Below, one piece after another: positions 10,316 through 21,132 of a stretch of DNA of 51,191 nt (position 1 is the first letter of the stretch; every line of letters starts with the position of its first letter). The DNA is from Salisapilia sapeloensis CBS 127946 (lineage: Eukaryota; Protista; Oomycota): NCBI GenBank assembly GCA_023334545.1, contig JAADVB010000129.1:1-51191 (forward strand). The letters are read 5' to 3'. The notes below the pieces were generated by a model, which had not been told where the DNA came from, did not search any database, and saw only the letters and a list, made by a program, of their open reading frames with translations. Both the position numbers and the translations under genes were made by a program.

Positions 10316-12106
10316 TTAAAGCGAGTGCATGCCGTAGACGTCTGCCATGACATTGTTCAAAATATCCGCCACGCTCTTATCTGCACATGCAGCTAACGCT
10401 AGCTCTTGCTCAATGTCAACAAAGTATGGAAACGTCCGGCGATCCATGCTGACGTTACTAAGTGTAGCGACTGCCATGCGTGCTGCTTCCGGTCTCCCGA
10501 TACACGAAGTGAGGAGCATGGCGATGCGTTGGAGGCAGAACGGGTGCTGTGCGAGTCGCATCTATCATATCGTTAGTCCTGCGTCGAGCTCTAGGGACAA
10601 GGGACAATGATACCTTGGCGTCTGCTGCGTCCGAGAGGCGGAAGAGGACTTCGAGGGCAGCGTCCCGCACCTCGTGGTCGATGGCGTCGTCTCCCTGCCC
10701 GACCTTTTCTCCCTCTGGGTTCACGTATACGAGGCCGACGCCAGAGGCCATGGGGACGTCCCACGGCGCCGGCCACGAGCTGTCTTCGTCGTCCTCCATC
10801 TCCTCTTCGCTCTCACCGTCGACGCGATGGGCGTCAAAGTCCATGGGCGTGACGGCCAAGAGCGACACAAGTCGATGGAAGAAGCCTTCGTCCTGCAAAC
10901 TAGCGCTTTGCGCCAGCAGCGGACGTAGCGAAGGGTTCCTACTGCTGCTGGTCAAGAGCTCCAAGGCTCTTAAGACGACTGAGCGTCTCCTACTGACCTT
11001 GACAAGTCGACAGCACTGCTGTAGCAAGAGTTCAAGCGGCAGCATGTCATCCTTTTGCCATAAATGCGCCGACAGGTTGTAGTTTGGATGCCACGCATGG
11101 ACTTGGAGATGCGGATTGAGCTTGAGAAAGTCGATTTTCTTCCCGACGTTGCACAGAATGTCGAGTGCATGGTCTCCAATCTCGTCAGTCCCGACGCCGA
11201 GTTTGCGTAGGAGGAGCATGAGCAACAGAAGCAGATCGTCATGTAACGCCATGTGTCGCTGATTCGCGTCCTGCATGCTGAGGTTCCGGAGGATGTTGAG
11301 GAGGAGGAGCGCTTTGCCTCGCTGGAGCTCCTCTTGCCCAACGTCGCTGCGGGTGTTTAGCAGTCGGTCGCGAGTGGACTTGTTGTCTGCTAGTAGCTGG
11401 CAGGAACAGATCTGGCGGTACAAGGCGTCTAGGAGCTCCGGTGCCATGTCCAGGAGCAGCGGATCCTGCTCTTCCTGCGACGAGGAGCCGTACGAGAGAG
11501 CTGTGAGGATACTGACTGCTCGGAGAGAGTCTTTGGGTGCATTGCTATCGAGAGCTAAGAGGAGACCTTTTAAACTACCGAAATCAGGCGGCTGAGCGAC
11601 CTTGAGACGCTTGTTATGTGTTGGCAAGGGTGTGCCAGTGCCGTTGGAAGCTTGCTGGAGGTCTTGGATAGTGGCGAGCTGTTCGGGAGACCTCTTGACA
11701 CCTTTGGTGGTGGATGGCAACGGGACGTCTCGACCGAAGAGCTGCTTTTCCTCGAATGCGTAGAGGAATCTGGATCAAAGCGGATGAGACGATGCTACCT
11801 GTTTGTGGATACAGGGATGTACCTGTGGTAGTGGGAGGCTAGTTGATACGGCATGACGTCTGCATTGACGGCGGTCTTGACTTCTTGCCATGCTTTCCGG
11901 TCGCAGACAGCAGCATACCCGCCTCGACGCACGACTTCGTCATAGAGCTGGAGCCAGTCGATGGCGGGTGACTTAGGCAGATTCTGGAGCAACTGACTTT
12001 CCCCACGGCCGTCTAGAAAAGTTCGGAGGTCCGTGAGAAGCTGCTCCTTGGCGGCATTGCCCCGAATCCGCTGCTGGAGCGCCGAGAGCGCCGTCGGCTC
12101 AGACAT
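10316..12106 (-). CDS. ARID/BRIGHT-domain protein with ARM-like C-terminal region (ARID1/SWI1-like SWI/SNF subunit), 3 exons
   Basis: IDWLQLYDEVVRRGGYAAVCDRKAWQEV...HYHR|FLYAFE is an ARID domain across the 11822-11770 intron. Later LNILRNLSMQDANQRHMA resembles BAF250_C. Last exon 10561-10316. Confidence 0.75.
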
Positions 12107-12443
12107 GACGATAGCTTGTTTCGACGTCGGTTGTTCGTTCGAGGCACCGATTCCGTGCTTGTAGAAAAATGGATCATCATCAAGTGTTGGTGTTTATATG
12201 AGACACTTTGGAGGATATCGAGGCATTTATTATCGATGGGATTATAGAATTTGGAAATAGATACAAGATATATGGAAAGATTGGATTTGTTGTTGAGATG
12301 GGTATTGACCCGGAATGGTGGCATGGGCGTTCTGAAGGTACAGGAGGTGGAGCATATCCCTCGATAGTCGGTAACTCTATTACACATGGCTTCAGAATCT
12401 CTAATGGTCGTTACGCTCGACTTGATAACTGCTCCCTCCGTCC

Positions 12444-13472
12444 ATGACAATGGCGACGAATACGTCTACACAAGATGAAGGAGTGCTAGATGTCGTTTCT
12501 CTATTTAGTAAGTCATCCGCCAAGTTTCTCCATCGTCGGCAATCACTTCGATCTGAAATGACGGAAACTTCGTCGGATGCTTCACCGTTGCTACGGACAA
12601 AGTCTGAGCCTCCATTACAACCGGAAGACATTGCGAGCATGGATATTTCAGAAGTGAATCGAAGGCTAGCAGAGTTGGAGAATGCAGGAGCTCCGACGAC
12701 GAATGACATTCGAGATCTATTGGACGACTACGGCTCTCTCTCCAGTTCCTACGATGAAAGCGAGAGCGATGATGAGCCGGAGGAAGTCATCTTCAAAGTA
12801 CTTGTCGTTGGAAATGCACGATGTGGAAAGTCTAGTCTCATTAGGCAGTATGTCTCCCATTCGTTTCTAGACGAGTACATTTCGACGATTGGTGCCGACT
12901 TTATCGAAAAGCCGATCGAGTACTCCTCAGACCTCCGGATCAAGCTCCAGCTATGGGATATCGCCGGACAGGATCGATTCGCAAAGCTCACGAGAGCATA
13001 CTTTCGTGAAGCTCGAGGCGCCGTCATCGTGTGTGACTTGACAAGAGAGAACACTGTTGAGGCGGTGGACACTTGGAAGAAAGAGTTGGACGCGTGCTCG
13101 ATGACGCAATCCGAGCAACGCAAGCTTCCGGTCGTTCTCATGGGCAACAAGAGCGACTTGCTCACAGACCCGATGAGTGCCATAGCTCTAGGCGTGAATA
13201 TGCAAAAATGTGTGTCTGCTAATGGCATCCTCGAGTGGTTCCGAGTGTCTGCCAAGCAAGGAGACCACGTAGACGAAGGTTTTCGATGTTTAATCGATCG
13301 CATGGTCTCGGAGTTTTACACGGAGAGGAAGCAAGCATCGCCAGTGGCGCTCCCAGAGGATAGTAGAAGCCAGTTGGGTGATCGTACGGACGTCATTCGA
13401 CTGAGTGACACGAGTAGGAAGCCTGCATCTGTCGCAGGAGGATTTAAAAGTAGTGGATGTGAATGCAATTGA
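12444..13472 (+). CDS. RAB32: Rab32/38/29-family small GTPase with about 110 aa N-terminal extension
   Basis: GNARCGKSS P-loop, TIGADF, WDIAGQDRF (Ile-for-Thr hallmark of Rab32/38/29), GNKSD, SAK, C-terminal GCECN. Confidence 0.8.
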   Translation: MTMATNTSTQDEGVLDVVSLFSKSSAKFLHRRQSLRSEMTETSSDASPLLRTKSEPPLQPEDIASMDISEVNRRLAELENAGAPTTNDIRDLLDDYGSLSSSYDESESDDEPEEVIFKVLVVGNARCGKSSLIRQYVSHSFLDEYISTIGADFIEKPIEYSSDLRIKLQLWDIAGQDRFAKLTRAYFREARGAVIVCDLTRENTVEAVDTWKKELDACSMTQSEQRKLPVVLMGNKSDLLTDPMSAIALGVNMQKCVSANGILEWFRVSAKQGDHVDEGFRCLIDRMVSEFYTERKQASPVALPEDSRSQLGDRTDVIRLSDTSRKPASVAGGFKSSGCECN

Positions 13473-13503
13473 AAGGAAAAGATACTTGTGTTATTCAGTT
13501 CGT

Positions 13504-14259
13504 CTACTGTCTAGGACGCTTCCGACGTACTTCAGCAGCAAGTGTCGCTGTGGAGTGGAGGATCTCGTTGCCTTCCGACGGTCGCTCGACAAAGTACGGA
13601 TCCAAGTCCGCCGCGAATCGACGTAGGCGCTGGGAAGCTTCGTCCAGTCGTTCGTCTGTGGTCAAAGCCCACATCTCGACTAGCAAAGCTTCTACGCGGA
13701 GGTTTTCTAGATCGACCATCCTGTACTCGTCCTTTTCATCCACGTTGTCCAGCGCCTTCATGCGCGTCACTTCGATCGTCAGTCCATTCGGCAGCTGCCA
13801 TCGAGTGCCTAGACGCATGTACCGATAGCTGTGGCGGAAGCCCAAGGTAGACAAAAAGGAACGCACGTTCTGACTGACGGAGACGGCCGTGTGGCTACGG
13901 AAGGGCACACCTAGCGCGGCACTACCAGTCGCTTGCTCCGCCACTTTCTTGCGTTCCCACCGACCAATGTATCTCATCTCCCACTTCTGTCCATCATCCG
14001 CAGGTGCCTCCACAGGCTCACCTTGGAAAGTAGGGCTACCTGCGAGGATGTGTCGTGCTCGGATCTCATAATGAGGCACGCCTTGGATGTACTGTGGGCA
14101 TCGGTCGTCGAAATTGTACACATACTCCTTGTAGGCGATTTTTTCCTTGACTACGCTTTCTCCACATAACCCTCGCAGACGCTCAACCATGTCCGGGTAC
14201 TGGTCGAACTTGACTTCCCCCTGCAAAATGCACTCGAAGCTCTTCCCTGGCCGCGCCAT
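13504..14259 (-). CDS. MED18: Mediator complex subunit 18
   Basis: From ATG 14259: FECILQGEV...MVERLRGLCG, WEMRYIG, VRSFLSTLGFRHSYRYMRLG, matching the Med18 pattern. Confidence 0.8.
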   Translation of the reverse strand: MARPGKSFECILQGEVKFDQYPDMVERLRGLCGESVVKEKIAYKEYVYNFDDRCPQYIQGVPHYEIRARHILAGSPTFQGEPVEAPADDGQKWEMRYIGRWERKKVAEQATGSAALGVPFRSHTAVSVSQNVRSFLSTLGFRHSYRYMRLGTRWQLPNGLTIEVTRMKALDNVDEKDEYRMVDLENLRVEALLVEMWALTTDERLDEASQRLRRFAADLDPYFVERPSEGNEILHSTATLAAEVRRKRPRQ

Positions 14260-14468
14260 CGCGAAGCCTCGAGTTGTGTCCTTGCTGCGACCTGATCGAA
14301 GACTTTTACCTTCGGAGAACATTATAACGAGAAAAACAACTTGAAGTGAGGAAGAGCTATGAGAGTCATTTTCTTAGTTCATTGCTACTGGTAACTCGTG
14401 GAAATGTGGCTACTTGCACCTCTGTATTACTTATTACTAGACCATCTTTAATCTAAGATAGTCTAATG

Positions 14469-15832
14469 CTATACAACAATGGTGGAAGGCTCATTCCGTG
14501 TAGTTTCATCTTCGATACGTTCAGGGCTCATGCTCCTCTTGCGGTACTTGGCTCTCATCTCTCTCTCGTCATTCGCCTGGTGGCGTCTAGCAATGACGTC
14601 CAGATCCTCTTCACTCGCGTCGTCTCGACTAGTCCTCTCCTCTTCATCCGACGAACTAAGCGTCTGTGTCGTAAGACTCTCTTCATCTTCATCGCGACTA
14701 CTCTTCTTCCCATCGCCCTCTCGAATGCACTGCCACTCGACTCGGAAGACGTTCCAGAGCACTCGTCGAACGACTTCTGCTACTTGAGATACCATTTTAA
14801 AGTCCACACCTAGATGCGTCCAGTCCCACCACTTGGACGCCCAGACGATCCGCAAGGCAAAGTCCACGGCGATGGCCATGTAGTACTTGGTCGATTGCTT
14901 GTACACGAGTTTCCGTCGTAGAAACTTGACTTTGGACGGTAGTCGAGGCTGTCCTAGTCCCCAATCCATCACGACGTCCCAGAGGAACGAGTAGAGGCTG
15001 TTGAAGACAGCAGCGCAGAGGAAGAGCGTCGAGTTGTCCGAGATGAACGTGGAAACTTGGGGTGCCGCGCCGACGAAGATGACGACGAGGCTGGACATGT
15101 ACTTGATTGTATTGAGGAGGTGTAGGAACCGGTCGTTGGAGTTGTTCGTGCGCTGGAAGGAGAGGATGCATTGGACGGCACGCATGACGTAGGGTGCGCC
15201 AGCGACCAAGTAGGGCAGAACGTAGTGTTTCATTTTGGATTGGTAGGCGTCACGTAGTAGAGCAGGGTCTTCCTGGTTAAAAGTATGGGCTAGGAGCAAT
15301 ACAGCGACAGATACGTCTTGTAGAAACTTGGAGAGACTCGTGAGTCCATCGGCGACAAAGACCTCGACGAACGGCGTCGGGAGTGACGACTTGTCGAATG
15401 GCCACATGCAGTTGGCTAGACACGAGTTAGCTATGTTTCAAGTAGTTTGGAGTGTATAGATGTACCTAGTCGACGCAATAGGAAGAAGCGAGCTCTCCGA
15501 TGGAGGACGTCAAAGGGACAGAGGAGGAGCATCCCGGCACCGATGCAGTACGTAATCAGCATGACTTCCATCCGGAATTCACTCACGCCAAAGTCACTTC
15601 CTCTCCGCCATGCTTCGACGACAAATAGAGCTGTCTGGAGACTTAGTAGCAAGGCTGCAAAGCATGCGACAGCGAGTGCCGACGGGACTTCCTCCGGTCG
15701 AAGATCAAGTACTTGATCGAACGGGAGTTTGTATTTCCGAAAGACACGTAGATTCCAGGCCAATCCGAAGAGGAATACATTGACGGCGAGTGGACCGACC
15801 ATAAAGTACCATATATTCACCGCCGTGTCCAT
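14469..15832 (-). CDS. EXS-family membrane protein (ERD1/XPR1/SYG1 C-terminal domain, no SPX)
   Basis: Exons 15832-15466 and 15415-14469 (50 nt intron). Motifs FVEVFVADGLTS, FLHLLNTIKY, YSFLWDVVMDWGL, EVVRRVLWNVFRVEWQ. Confidence 0.9.
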
Positions 15833-15970
15833 CTTGTCGAGACTTGACGGCGTGCTACGTGGAGAAGAGCAAATGCACTTGGTTTCAGTATGCGACGTGT
15901 ACCATGGTAATCTGAGCTGTTACTTGAGCCAATCAAATGGGCATAATGGATCGAATCAGACATGGAATTT

Positions 15971-16825
15971 CTATTTACGTGGCTGGATCGCGTTGGCGGT
16001 ATGAATAAGACCAAGCATGTCGTCGTGGATACTACCGCAATTGTTACTTGCTACGACGTGACGAGTCGTTAACTCGAAGTTGCTGCCGTCGCTGTTGGAG
16101 ACGCGCCCGCCGGCTTCAGAGACGAGGAGTGTCCCGGCAGCAACGTCCCACGCGTTCAGATCGAGCTCGAAGAAACCAGTGTGGCGGCCACAGGCTGTCC
16201 AGGCGAGTTCTAGAGCAGAGGCTCCTTGTAGTCGCAGACCACGGCATTTGGATGAGAAGTGGTCTGCGACCGAGAGCATGGGGAGTCGGACGCTGTCTTT
16301 CGTGCCGATGCCAAAGGCGAGGAGCGCTTCTTCGATCGTCTGCTCGGAGCTGACGTTCATGGGCGTGTCGTTGAGGTAAGCTCCCTTGCCCTTGGCAGCG
16401 GAGAAGAGTTCATTTCGGTAAGGGTCGAGGATGACGCCGACGACGACCTCGCCTTGATGGGCACAAGCGACGCTGACGACGCTCGCAGGTCGGTGGTGGA
16501 CAAAGTTGGTGGTGCCATCAATCGGATCGACGATCCATAGCCATTCCTTGGACTTCATCTCCTCCATAGCTTTCGCAGACGCTTCACTCCCAGGGGGAAC
16601 GTCCTCTTCCCCTAGGAATTCATGTTCTGGGAAGTGCGACTGAATCGTTTCGTACACAAGGTCTTGGCATTGTTTATCGACGACCGTCACGAGGTCATCT
16701 TTATTCGATTTAGTCTTTTCCACACGGGAGCTACTTAAGTGAGCGCGCATGTGCGCCCCCGCTCGTAGCGCTGCCTCCTTGGCGACGTGGAGGAGCTTTT
16801 CGTCCATCTTTGGCCTTGTTGACAT
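15971..16825 (-). CDS. Inositol monophosphatase family protein (IMPA/SuhB type)
   Basis: DDLVTVVDKQCQ, FLGEE, WIVDPIDGTTNFVH and AWDVAAGTLLVSEAGG signatures. Confidence 0.95.
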   Translation of the reverse strand: MSTRPKMDEKLLHVAKEAALRAGAHMRAHLSSSRVEKTKSNKDDLVTVVDKQCQDLVYETIQSHFPEHEFLGEEDVPPGSEASAKAMEEMKSKEWLWIVDPIDGTTNFVHHRPASVVSVACAHQGEVVVGVILDPYRNELFSAAKGKGAYLNDTPMNVSSEQTIEEALLAFGIGTKDSVRLPMLSVADHFSSKCRGLRLQGASALELAWTACGRHTGFFELDLNAWDVAAGTLLVSEAGGRVSNSDGSNFELTTRHVVASNNCGSIHDDMLGLIHTANAIQPRK

Positions 16826-16859
16826 ATACGACGTGGTCGATCTGTCTCGTATTCTTGTG

Positions 16860-16896
16860 ATTGGACAGAAATAGACAAATCAGACGTAACGATTGG
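16860..16896. promoter_or_regulatory. Two inverted CCAAT (ATTGG) boxes in the 125 nt bidirectional IMPase/ribA promoter
   Basis: ATTGG at 16860-16864 and 16892-16896, between the divergent ATGs at 16825 and 16951. Confidence 0.4.
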
Positions 16897-16950
16897 ATGT
16901 TGACGTAATGCGTGTCGGACGTACTTTCATTATCGAAATTGAGAGGAAAG

Positions 16951-17736
16951 ATGCACGGTCCAGAGACGCCTGGACTTACTTGTTTGGGAGATAACGTGTC
17001 GACGGCGTTCGTGGCCGAGACGAGATTGCCGACCAAGGATGGCGTGTATCGTATGCGCGCGTATCGAGCGAAAGGGTCGCTACGAGAGTCGGAACCCATT
17101 GCGATGGTCTCGGGAGACGTCCGACAGCAGCAGAATGTGCCCGTGAGGGTGCACGACCAGTGTCTCACGTCCGAAGTCTTTGGTAGTCTCAAATGCGACT
17201 GCAAAGACCAGCTCGACTTTGCCCATCGGTACACGCGCAAGCACGGTGGTGTCGTCATTTATATGCCGCAAGAAGGTCGTGGCATCGGATTGGCGAATAA
17301 GGTCATGGCGTATGCGCAACAGGAACAGGGCATGGATACAGTTGACGCCAACCGCGTGCTAGGGTTTGACGATGACTATCGATCGTATGAACCCGTGAAA
17401 GCGATTCTAGAAGACTTGGAGATCCAGAGCATTCAGCTCTTGACGAACAATCCGAGAAAGGTGCGTCTGCTAACGGAGTTGGGCATCAACATCTCGGGTC
17501 GACTGCCGGTGATTATGAAGGGCGGAGAGCACAGTCAAAAGTATTTGGATACGAAAGCCGCACGAATGGACCATTTCTTGCCAGCCGACACGGTCATGGT
17601 CACGTCGGATGAAGAGTCACTTACGGACGAGAGTCAGGACGAGGATGAGCTGGCGGATCCGACGCCTGTGGCACAGCCATCGAAACGAGCAAAGGCACCC
17701 ATGTGGTGTATAGGGATTTATTCCCCGGAAGGATAG
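16951..17736 (+). CDS. ribA: GTP cyclohydrolase II (stand-alone, riboflavin biosynthesis)
   Basis: VPVRVHDQCLTSEVFGSLKCDC (three Zn-binding Cys), QEGRGIGLANKVMAY, DTVDANRVLGF, DYRSY, LLTNNPRK. Confidence 0.97.
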   Translation: MHGPETPGLTCLGDNVSTAFVAETRLPTKDGVYRMRAYRAKGSLRESEPIAMVSGDVRQQQNVPVRVHDQCLTSEVFGSLKCDCKDQLDFAHRYTRKHGGVVIYMPQEGRGIGLANKVMAYAQQEQGMDTVDANRVLGFDDDYRSYEPVKAILEDLEIQSIQLLTNNPRKVRLLTELGINISGRLPVIMKGGEHSQKYLDTKAARMDHFLPADTVMVTSDEESLTDESQDEDELADPTPVAQPSKRAKAPMWCIGIYSPEG

Positions 17737-17946
17737 AGGCATACGTAGAGGGTGTACGCTTTTTGGAAAGAGGAGGAGAAAGTAGTGTTTAAAATTAAGG
17801 AAGAACCAACTTACCATGCCATGCCGCGTGCGCTTCTTCGTCCTGCTTGCCCATCTCTTGTCCACTGACCAATCGGAAGCGTCCAACTGGCGCTTTTGAA
17901 CCAATCGGAAAGTCGCGCAGAGGATACTTTTAGACTAGAAATCGAT

Positions 17947-18366
17947 ATGCTCGACGATAATCGGCGCATCGGGACGCTGCTCCTCGGCATCGGCTTCGTC
18001 TTCCTCGCGCTTGGCGTCATGATGTTCTTTGACGCCGCCATGCTGGCGCTTGGAGACGTGCTCTTTTTGAGCGGCGTGGCGCTCACGATCGGCCCATCAC
18101 GTACCTTTCGCTTCTTCACACGCAAGGAGCGATGGCGTGGGATCGCGTGTTTCTTTGGTGGCATGGCACTTGTGCTATTGCGAGTGCCGATGATCGGCAT
18201 GTTCATCCAAGGCTTTGGCTTCATCAACCTCTTTGGTTCCTTCTTCCCTGTCGCCGTCGCGTTTTTGCGCCAAACGCCCGTCATCGGCCATGTCCTCGAG
18301 ATGCCGTACATCTCGGACACTGTCGACAGGTTGGCTGGAGTGACCAAGCGAGGATATCAAGTATAG
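17947..18366 (+). CDS. GOT1: Vesicle transport protein Got1/GOLT1
   Basis: [43 protein letters not shown]...[11 protein letters not shown]; 139 aa. Confidence 0.95.
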   Translation: MLDDNRRIGTLLLGIGFVFLALGVMMFFDAAMLALGDVLFLSGVALTIGPSRTFRFFTRKERWRGIACFFGGMALVLLRVPMIGMFIQGFGFINLFGSFFPVAVAFLRQTPVIGHVLEMPYISDTVDRLAGVTKRGYQV

Positions 18367-18411
18367 GACTTGACAAGCAGACGTAGGACATGTGATAAAA
18401 CAAAGACTACA

Positions 18412-19513
18412 TTATGATAGACTCGTTGGCATTTGGTTGTTTACAGGCTCTCGATGTCTCCGAGCTTTGTCGTGAGCATCAGGGAGATGCTGCTTGCTAA
18501 ATAGAATCTTTCGCTTGCTACGAGCACTATGCAAGACCATGGGTGCAGACTCGCTGATACTCGCCAATGGAGTTTTCGTGCGCAGTGGAGCGATGCTAAT
18601 CTTAGACTCTAGCTGCAGTCGCCAGCGAGAGACGCCGAGAACCTGCCATAACGACGGTCGATCTGCTGCACGGCTCCATCGATATGCGACTTGGGACATT
18701 CGCGTCAAGCTTTTTACGTCTGCAAACGATAGAATGTGCTCTCGTAGCGACTGTGACAGGTCTGCATCATTTCCGACTGGCTTGGATAATCGAGGACTGT
18801 CCTTGTGTCGAACGGATAGTTCGCTACGTAGCTCGTCATCTAGCGCTTCGTCTTCAGCCGTATCACCGAAACAGTTCCGTCGGTCCACGTCACATTCGCG
18901 ACGCACGAGCAGCGCGATCATACGGATGTGACGCTTTCGGACGGCGTAGAAGAGAGGTGTTTCATCGTCGTCGTTACTGGCGTCGATATCTGCACCTCGA
19001 TCAAGTAGACACTCTGCTACAGAGATACGGTTATGGTAGGCTGCTAGATGCAGTGGAGCTTCGCCAGCGTCATTCCGGTCATTCGGTTTCCACCCGTGTT
19101 TCAAGAGTAGTTCGACTACTGCTAGATGTCCTCTAGCAGATGCATGATGGAGAGGTGTGAAGCCACCCTAGAGATAAAGCGCAGAGATTAGTTAGAGGTT
19201 GTTGGTACAGCACATAAAGTCATACAAGTCCTTTGGATCGTCCCGGATCAATCTCTTCATGTGACAAAAGAGCAGAGACGGTGTGGACGTCTCCAGCCTC
19301 GGCTGACAATAAAAGCTGTTGAGCCATCTCTTCATGCTGGAACCCTAGACTAGGAAAGCTGCTGTCTAGAAGAGATACACCAGCCATATCCCAGGTTTCC
19401 ATAAGATCGTCTTCTTCGCCACCGTCGCTCACGGTGTCCACATGCTCGTCTTCACGATCGTTCTCTTCTCTTATCGAGCTAATACCTCTTCCATCGTCTT
19501 CAGGTCGACTCAT
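18412..19513 (-). CDS. Ankyrin-repeat protein with a C-terminal F-box
   Basis: Exons 19513-19226 and 19167-18412 (58 nt intron). Ankyrin repeats GFTPLHHASARGHLAVVELLL, GEAPLHLAAYHNR, DETPLFYAV, then LSQSLREHILSFADVKSLTRMSQVAYRWSRAADRPSLW (F-box). Confidence 0.8.
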
Positions 19514-19643
19514 TCCAACCTTGAAACATCAAATGGATGACCGCAGAGATATAAATAGCAGCAAGGTAGACGACAATCGATTCTCTTCTTTCATAGCCTT
19601 TCTTTTTTCTTTTCTTTCTTTCGACAACAAAATCGGACACGAA

Positions 19644-20858
19644 ATGGATCAGAACGATTTCAGGCGTCTACTGTCCACTGGGAGCTCTAGTAAAGGAAAA
19701 CGAGAGCAGTATGGTGGTAAACGCAATCTTTCCGAGCATGACTTGGAGGAAGTGCGGCAATTGAGTCGAAAGAAGCCGAAGAAACCATCGAAAAAGAGCT
19801 CCAAATCGACTCAGTCGACCTCTGAGTCCGAATCGACCGTTGCAAGTAACTATCGCGATCGAGCGGCTGAGCGTCGTAGTGGTGCTACTACAGACATGAT
19901 TGATGCAGAGGAGTACTCTCATCTAGATACGAACCAAAGCAAGTTTTTAGGTGGTGATCTAGAGCACACGCATCTTGTCAAAGGTCTGGACTACGCGCTC
20001 TTGGAACAGTTAAAACGCGAGAAGGAGAAGCTACAGGAAACTAGTGAGAAAAATAGAGCCGAGTCTAGTCGACCAGCAGGTCGAGTGTCGGATGAAGGAA
20101 AGAAGGACGAGGTGGTGTTCCACTCTCGACTCGGTCGATTGGTTCATTACTATGGAGTAGAGAGAACAGCTCCTCGTAGGCGTAGTGTGGAGCCCGTAGA
20201 TGCATTCTTACCAGGTAGAACATTCTATACGTTCCGTCTGACGGGAGGTGAGAGCGTGCCATCGATTGTTCAGCGCAGTAAGGAAGACTGTGTGGATCCG
20301 GACGAAGTGGTGAGTGGCATCGTAGATCCTTCACTCATCGATCGTGTCCGTACGGCGTTGTCTCTGAAGCCGAGAAGAAGTCGTAAGAAAGTGGAGAAGC
20401 CAAAGGAGGAAAAAGTGGAGACTATGGTTGTGGAGGAGACGGAGGATATCTTTAAGGATGTAGGTGACTACGTTCCTGTCGACCAGAGGTCGTCGAGTGA
20501 CTCGACGTTGATGCAAAAGGAGAACACGAAGAGCTACTTTGACGGCTTGAGCGCATCGATTTCAGACGCAAGAGAGGAAGAAGTCAAAAGACAGGAAGAG
20601 AATAAGGACGAGTGGAAATACGCATTGAAGCGTGCGATCCACACGAGAGCTAAGGAGGAGGTAGCAAAGCAGCAGAAACGAGAAGTGGAAGTGGAAGAGT
20701 ATGGCGCTGTGGATGCCGACACAGCGTACGATAGTGAAGACGACGAGATGATGACGACTCGGAAGAAGGAGCTAACCACCAATGACTCCGCCGGTAGAAA
20801 GAAACAGAAGCTACAGAGCGAACTGGACAAGATGAAGCAGATGCCCAAGTCGACGTAG
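19644..20858 (+). CDS. IK: RED/IK spliceosomal protein
   Basis: MDQNDFRRLL, YRDRAAERR, KFLGGDLEHTHLVKGLDYALL and FLPGRTFY, all RED_N motifs. Confidence 0.9.
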   Translation: MDQNDFRRLLSTGSSSKGKREQYGGKRNLSEHDLEEVRQLSRKKPKKPSKKSSKSTQSTSESESTVASNYRDRAAERRSGATTDMIDAEEYSHLDTNQSKFLGGDLEHTHLVKGLDYALLEQLKREKEKLQETSEKNRAESSRPAGRVSDEGKKDEVVFHSRLGRLVHYYGVERTAPRRRSVEPVDAFLPGRTFYTFRLTGGESVPSIVQRSKEDCVDPDEVVSGIVDPSLIDRVRTALSLKPRRSRKKVEKPKEEKVETMVVEETEDIFKDVGDYVPVDQRSSSDSTLMQKENTKSYFDGLSASISDAREEEVKRQEENKDEWKYALKRAIHTRAKEEVAKQQKREVEVEEYGAVDADTAYDSEDDEMMTTRKKELTTNDSAGRKKQKLQSELDKMKQMPKST

Positions 20859-21132
20859 CCGAGTTACGTCTGCATTATTTCGGAACACAGGTCTAACCGG
20901 TGTTTGTAATATGAGATTTGTCCCGTATAAGTCTGTCTTGTCCACTGTATACGCTTCATGAGATAAAGGGCCCGTACTAAATCGAGACAAGCAATGATTT
21001 TTGCTCCACTCAAATTGCTTTCGATCGTCTCGAGAGCTTCCGGCGGGACTTCATTTCTACGAAGGTCTCTCTTCCCATCGTTATGTGATCATCTTGGTGC
21101 AAGTATTAACCAAATGATGTCTAGTTAGGACC

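Noticed and set aside
12013-12450. ORFs 12208-12447 (+) and 12013-12450 (-) between the ARID and RAB32 genes
   Set aside because: They lie mainly in the divergent promoter/5' UTR, use non-ATG or weak starts and have no motifs.
15971-16825. IMPase as histidinol-phosphate phosphatase (HisN) linked to hisG in the window
   Set aside because: The motif is DPIDGTTNF (IMPA/SuhB type) rather than the HisN/IMPL2-type DPIDGT(K/R)xF, and hisG is 25 kb away.
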